This document shows positions 59,778 through 64,000 of a stretch of 64,000 nt of DNA, one piece after another (position 1 is the stretch's first letter; each line of letters opens with the position of its first letter). The notes below the pieces were generated by a model, which worked only from the letters and a program-made list of their open reading frames with translations, had not been told where the DNA came from and ran no database searches. Source of the DNA: Chthoniobacteraceae bacterium (GTDB lineage Bacteria > Verrucomicrobiota > Verrucomicrobiia > Chthoniobacterales > Chthoniobacteraceae); contig JANNWY010000195.1 of assembly GCA_031409335.1 (NCBI GenBank), forward strand, positions 47,767-111,766, read 5' to 3'. The position numbers and the translations under genes are program-made.

Positions 59778-60662
59778 ATGACCAACCCATCAGACCACAC
59801 TTTCCTTGCGGCGCTTTCCGAGTCGCAGATGTATCGCGACTACGCAGATGCTTTCACGCGCGGCACCGGCCTGCCGCTCAGCCTCCATGCGCCGGAGAGC
59901 ATGCAGGTCATCCATCATGGGCGAAAGCAGGAGAATCCATTTTGCGCCCTCATGGCGAAGACGAATCAATCGTGCGCCGGGTGTTACGCGCTGCAATGCA
60001 GGCTGGAGCAGGAAGCGCAGCTTGAGCCGAAGACGTTGAAATGCTTCGCGGGTCTGTGTGAGACGGCCGTGCCGGTGCGTGTGGGCGACAAGCTGATCGC
60101 GTTTCTCCAGACCGGGCAAATCCTGCTCCACCGGCCGGACCGCGCGCAGTTCAACAAGATCGCGCAGCAGCTCATCGAGTGGGGCGCGCAGGTCGATCTC
60201 AAGCGAGTCGAGGAGGCGTTTTTCAACACGCGCGTGCTCACCAAGGATCAATATGAATCGCTGATCCGGCTGCTCACGATTTTCGCGGAGCATCTGTCGG
60301 CGTGCGGCAATGCGCTGATGCTGGCGCAAGGGCCGACGGAAGCGCCTGCGATCGGGCAGGCGCGGCGCTACATCGTGGATCACTCCGACGATGAGCTTTC
60401 GCTCGGCGCTGTCGCGCGGGTGGTGAACATGAGCGCGAGTTACTTCAGCGGGAAATTCAAGGAGGCGACCGGGATCAACTTCGTGGAGTTCGTCGCGCGC
60501 ACGCGCATCGAGAAGGCGCGGAACCTTCTTCAAAATCCAAACCTGCGCGTCAGCGAGATCGCGTTCGATGTCGGTTTCCAATCGCTCTCGCAATTCAACC
60601 GCTCCTTTAAGAAAGTCACCGGCCAGGCGCCGGGCGAATACCGCCAGTCGCCCGCCGGGTAA
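59778..60662 (+). CDS. AraC-family regulator with PocR ligand-binding domain
   Basis: NPFCALM...C..C, CFAGLCETAVPV..G...FLQTGQ (PocR); C-terminal HTH with SEIAFDVGFQSLSQFNRSFKK.TG..P.EYR. ATG 59778. Confidence 0.93.
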   Translation: MTNPSDHTFLAALSESQMYRDYADAFTRGTGLPLSLHAPESMQVIHHGRKQENPFCALMAKTNQSCAGCYALQCRLEQEAQLEPKTLKCFAGLCETAVPVRVGDKLIAFLQTGQILLHRPDRAQFNKIAQQLIEWGAQVDLKRVEEAFFNTRVLTKDQYESLIRLLTIFAEHLSACGNALMLAQGPTEAPAIGQARRYIVDHSDDELSLGAVARVVNMSASYFSGKFKEATGINFVEFVARTRIEKARNLLQNPNLRVSEIAFDVGFQSLSQFNRSFKKVTGQAPGEYRQSPAG

Positions 60663-60673
60663 GTCGCAAAGCA

Positions 60674-61429
60674 ATGCCGGGTGCCATCACCGCGCTTTGC
60701 GGATTGCTCTTTGGGATCGCCTTTGGCCTCACCGGCGTGGGCTCGATCTTCGCGGTGCCGCTGCTGGTGTATGCGCTTGGCCTGCCGCCGCACCAGGCGG
60801 TGTGTGTCTCGATGGTCGCGGTAAATATGCTCGCGCTCGTGTCGAGCGTGCAGCGGCTCAAGGCGCACGAAGTGGCGGTCGGCGACGGTCTGCGGCTCGC
60901 GATTCCCGGCTTCCTCGGCGCACCGCTGGGAGCGTGGATCGGCACCTATCTCACCAGTTACGCACTGATGATCGTCTTCGGCATTTTCGTCGGGGTGCTC
61001 GCCGTGCGGATGCTCGTGACCGGCGAGCCAAAGCCGTCGGCGGGAGTCGATGTGCAGCATCCGCGCGTTCGTTCCGCCAAGTTGATCGCGGCGGGACTGA
61101 GCACCGGTCTCCTCGCGGGTTTGCTCGGTGCGGGCGGTGTCTTGATCGTGCCCTCGCTCGTACTGCTCGGCGGCCTCGCGATTCATCGTGCCATCGCCAC
61201 TTCGCTGCCGGTCATTTATGCCATCAGCGTCGCGGCAATCTCTTCCCATTGGATCGGTGGCCAGACTGTTCCGATCGTCGTGGCGGCGCAGTTTGTCGCG
61301 GGTGGTGGAGCGGGACTGTTCGCCGGGAAGGCGCTTGGGCAAAGGCTTTCCGGGCCGCGTCTGCAAAAGGTCTTCGCGTTCGCGCTGCTGGCTGTGGCCG
61401 GGTTCATTCTCACGCGGACAGTCCTCTAA
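60674..61429 (+). CDS. TauE/SafE (sulfite exporter-like) membrane protein
   Basis: Two repeats, GLTGVGSIFAVPLL and GLLGAGGVLIVPSL, with AIATSL; about 8 TM helices. Confidence 0.88.
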   Translation: MPGAITALCGLLFGIAFGLTGVGSIFAVPLLVYALGLPPHQAVCVSMVAVNMLALVSSVQRLKAHEVAVGDGLRLAIPGFLGAPLGAWIGTYLTSYALMIVFGIFVGVLAVRMLVTGEPKPSAGVDVQHPRVRSAKLIAAGLSTGLLAGLLGAGGVLIVPSLVLLGGLAIHRAIATSLPVIYAISVAAISSHWIGGQTVPIVVAAQFVAGGGAGLFAGKALGQRLSGPRLQKVFAFALLAVAGFILTRTVL

Positions 61430-61589
61430 TCCGCGAAAACTCGGCGTCTTGGGGCACTCGGGCATCCCAAGAAATGCGCAGCTTTTCCGATAGGACGCGC
61501 AGCCAGGATGCCAGGGAGGCACGATACTTCCATCGTGAACGGCACTCCGCCGCTCACGGACAAACGAAACTCAAAAAGAAAGACACGAT

Positions 61590-61985
61590 ATGAAACTAAC
61601 TAGACTCCACCTCACGCTCGCCCTTGCGGCGGGCATGTTCACCACCTCAGTGATCGCTGGACCCGGACCGGGTGGCGGATGGCCAACGGGCTTCCCGACC
61701 CATGTGAAAACCAAGGAGCAAGCCATGAAGTGCTGCCTGCCGAAGGAGAAAGTCGCCCTTGCCTGCAAGGACTGCAAAACGGTCAGCGAGAAGCCGGGTG
61801 AGGAGAAAAAAGGGATCGCCGCTTGGTTCAAGCCCGACTCGATGCACGACTGCTCCGGCTGCAAGGGAAAGGTCACTTTCAAGCAGCACGGTGCCGGGAA
61901 AGCAACCGGTCACGCAGACTACAAACATGTGTGCAGCAAGTGCGGCCCGGACTCCGCGTTCTCCTGCGCTACGCACAAGGGGTAA
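61590..61985 (+). CDS. Secreted Cys/His-rich small protein
   Basis: Signal peptide then AGPGP; CC, CKDC, HDCSGC, HVCSKC, terminal CATHKG. Confidence 0.8.
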   Translation: MKLTRLHLTLALAAGMFTTSVIAGPGPGGGWPTGFPTHVKTKEQAMKCCLPKEKVALACKDCKTVSEKPGEEKKGIAAWFKPDSMHDCSGCKGKVTFKQHGAGKATGHADYKHVCSKCGPDSAFSCATHKG

Positions 61986-62015
61986 ACGGAAAAGCAACGA
62001 TCCAAGACTACGAAT

Positions 62016-62372
62016 ATGAAATCACTCAAAATGACTCTGCTGCTCGGCGCAGCGCTCGCAGCGATGAACCTGGCGGCATTCGCAGGTCCCGGCCCGCAAG
62101 TGTTCCGGCCACTTAGCTCCAAACACGAACTGAGCGTCCTGACTCCTGGCACCCAAGTCGCGCACGAATGTCCACACTGCGGGGCGATCACAATCTCCAA
62201 AGTCGGGAAGGACCAGTCCCATGCTGAAGGCCACACCTGCCCTGTGTGCAAAATGAAAGTCACCTATCGCGTTTCGGGCAGTGGCAAGGCGCCCAGCACA
62301 CGATTGATCGACTGTGTGGACGTAAAGACTGGCAAGAAAATGTCGGCGCGCGTTTGCGCGGCTCACAAGTAA
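62016..62372 (+). CDS. Secreted Cys/His-rich small protein, paralogue of 61590..61985
   Basis: Signal peptide then AGPGP; HECPHC, HTCPVC, terminal CAAHK. Confidence 0.8.
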   Translation: MKSLKMTLLLGAALAAMNLAAFAGPGPQVFRPLSSKHELSVLTPGTQVAHECPHCGAITISKVGKDQSHAEGHTCPVCKMKVTYRVSGSGKAPSTRLIDCVDVKTGKKMSARVCAAHK

Positions 62373-62451
62373 TTCAGATCCACGGAAATCTGAATTCCGG
62401 GACGGGGCCGCCTGGCAGCAGCCGCGCCGGGCGACTCCTCCGCCCCCCGCT

Positions 62452-62769
62452 ATGTTCCGCAAACTCAAGTGCGTCATGGTCGAGTTGAACACGCCGCAAG
62501 GCAGCGTCTTCTCAGGTCAGGCGGGAGGCGTGGAACTGCGGACGACGGACGGCGTGATTGCGATCAATCCGCAGGAGGAGAGTTATCTCAACCTGACCGA
62601 GACGACGCAGATCACACTGCGCGTCGGCGCGGAATTTCTCAGCTTCGTGCTCAAGAACGCCGCCGCGAGCCTGCGCGACGGACAGCTCACCGTGCTCGCG
62701 GAGGAGGTCCAGCCTATGCCCGCAGCGTCGGTCTCCGACGCATCTCGGAACGGAGGTCTCGCGCCGTGA
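62452..62769 (+). CDS. ATP synthase epsilon-subunit N-terminal beta-sandwich-like protein (orphan, divergent)
   Basis: VELNTPQGSVFSGQAGGVELRTTDGVIAINP...LTVLAEE follows the AtpC N-domain pattern. The conserved His of GILPxH and the C-terminal helical hairpin are missing. Confidence 0.65.
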   Translation: MFRKLKCVMVELNTPQGSVFSGQAGGVELRTTDGVIAINPQEESYLNLTETTQITLRVGAEFLSFVLKNAAASLRDGQLTVLAEEVQPMPAASVSDASRNGGLAP

Positions 62770-64000
62770 AACTCATCCTGTTGCTCGGGCTAGCCTGTCT
62801 GCCGCTCCTTTCATCCCTCGCCGGCGGGACTGAGGGAAAGCTCGCTGTGGCGGAGGTCGTGAGCCGCGCGCTCGCGGCCAATCCGCTGCTCAAGGCATCG
62901 GCGGCAAAGTGGGAGTCGATGAAGGAGCGGGTGCCGCAGGCGAAGGCGTGGGAAGATCCGATGGTCGGCGTGGATTTTGAGCGGATGGGCACGACGCGGT
63001 TCAGCACGTATTCCGATTCGGAGTGGATGGCCTCGCAGTCGCTGCCGATCAGCGGCAAGAATCTCAGCCGTGGCCGCGCGGCGGAGGCGGAGGCGCGGGC
63101 TGCTTACGAGGACGTGCGGCGGCTGCGTCTCGAAGTCACCGCGAAGGCGAAGGTCGCTTACCACCGGCTCGCCAACGCCTACGCGCAACTCGTGATCAAT
63201 CGGCAGAACCGCGAGCTTTTCGAGAGCGTGCTGGCCATCGGCAATGCGAAGCTTTCCGTCGGCAAAAGCGCGCAAGGCGATGTGCTCGCGACGGAGACGG
63301 ATATTCAGCGGCTCGACATCGAGCGTGAGAGTCTGGAGCAGGCGCTCTCCGATCAGCAGACCGCGCTCAATGTCCTGATGAACCGCCCGGCGGGCGCGCC
63401 GCTCGGACAACCGGCGTCGCTGGCGTTTCGTCCGATGCGCGCCGATCCCGACCAGCTCGAAGCCCGGCTGCTCGCGCGGAGGCCGGAGATCGCGGCGGCG
63501 GAACAGCGGCTCAAGGCCGAGGAGGCGCGGCTCCAGCTCGCGCACCGCGAGTGGATTCCCGATCCGCAGGTGCGCGTGGAAGCGCGGCAATTTCGCGGCA
63601 GCGGCGACACTTTCACCGAATACGACACCGGCATTTTCTTCAGCGTTCCTTGGGTGAATCCGCGCAAATATTCCGCCGGCGTGCGGGAAGCGCAGCAGAT
63701 GGTGGAAGCGATGCGGCGCGAGATCGAAGGCGAGCGCGCCTCGGCGCTCGGGATGTTGCGCGATCAACTCCGCAAGATCGGCACGGCCCGCCGCCAGTAC
63801 GAACTCTCGCGCGACAAGCTCCTGCCGCTCGCGCGCAAGACGACGGAGACGCTGCGGATCAATTACCAGACGGATACGGCGACGTTCATCGAGATGCTGA
63901 CCGTGCAGCGGATGCTCCGCGACGCGGAGGCCACGACTTCGACGCAGCTCACCGATTACCTCGCCGCGCTCGCGGAGTTGGAGGCGATCGTCGGCTCCGA
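62766..64000 (+). CDS. TolC-family outer-membrane efflux protein (heavy-metal CusC/CzcC-like), runs off the right edge
   Basis: Absent from the ORF track (no stop). GTG 62766 gives MKLILLLGLACLPLLSSLA...ALAANPLLKA...VPQAKAWEDPMVG...SQSLPISGK...ALAELEAIVG. Confidence 0.88.
   Translation, partial: MKLILLLGLACLPLLSSLAGGTEGKLAVAEVVSRALAANPLLKASAAKWESMKERVPQAKAWEDPMVGVDFERMGTTRFSTYSDSEWMASQSLPISGKNLSRGRAAEAEARAAYEDVRRLRLEVTAKAKVAYHRLANAYAQLVINRQNRELFESVLAIGNAKLSVGKSAQGDVLATETDIQRLDIERESLEQALSDQQTALNVLMNRPAGAPLGQPASLAFRPMRADPDQLEARLLARRPEIAAAEQRLKAEEARLQLAHREWIPDPQVRVEARQFRGSGDTFTEYDTGIFFSVPWVNPRKYSAGVREAQQMVEAMRREIEGERASALGMLRDQLRKIGTARRQYELSRDKLLPLARKTTETLRINYQTDTATFIEMLTVQRMLRDAEATTSTQLTDYLAALAELEAIVGS

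Noticed and set aside
61590..62372. Multihaem c-type cytochromes
   Set aside because: CxxC motifs are followed by K or G, not H.

Overview
GC-rich bacterial chromosome segment, most consistent with Verrucomicrobiota (Chthoniobacterales-like). This is inferred from PEP-CTERM proteins with autotransporter-associated beta-strand repeats, a C-terminal RFYRL-type tail and a TGTTC-N4-GAACA LexA box. Left to right: (1) a surface-protein array on the minus strand (a filamentous-haemagglutinin-like gene running off the edge plus two paralogous PEP-CTERM proteins); (2) an orphan EhpF-like adenylating enzyme divergent from a ~2,900-aa FHA / 32-residue-repeat coiled-coil / pseudokinase protein; (3) a PQQ-like propeller / MFS / propeller / Asp-box operon; (4) about 1.7 kb of gene remnants; (5) a YVTN-dihaem protein, a PEP-CTERM protein, a GlmU-like acetyltransferase, a TPR protein, two bactofilins, a hybrid kinase, rapA, a lipase, folA, thyA and folE2; (6) a LexA-boxed imuA-imuB-dnaE2 cassette carrying three copies of an inverted GAACATC heptamer element, one in frame inside dnaE2; (7) a two-component cluster and Hsp20; (8) the start of a probable metal-efflux locus (HAPP-ending leader-like protein, YHS/TRASH-like protein, PocR-AraC, TauE, two Cys-rich secreted paralogues, an orphan ATP-synthase-epsilon-like gene coupled to a TolC-family gene). 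No rRNA, tRNA, CRISPR array, integrase or transposase was recognised. Best candidates for undescribed biology are the FHA-rod-pseudokinase, the epsilon-like/TolC metal locus and the heptamer element in the SOS cassette. All family calls come from motif recognition by eye; no database search was run.
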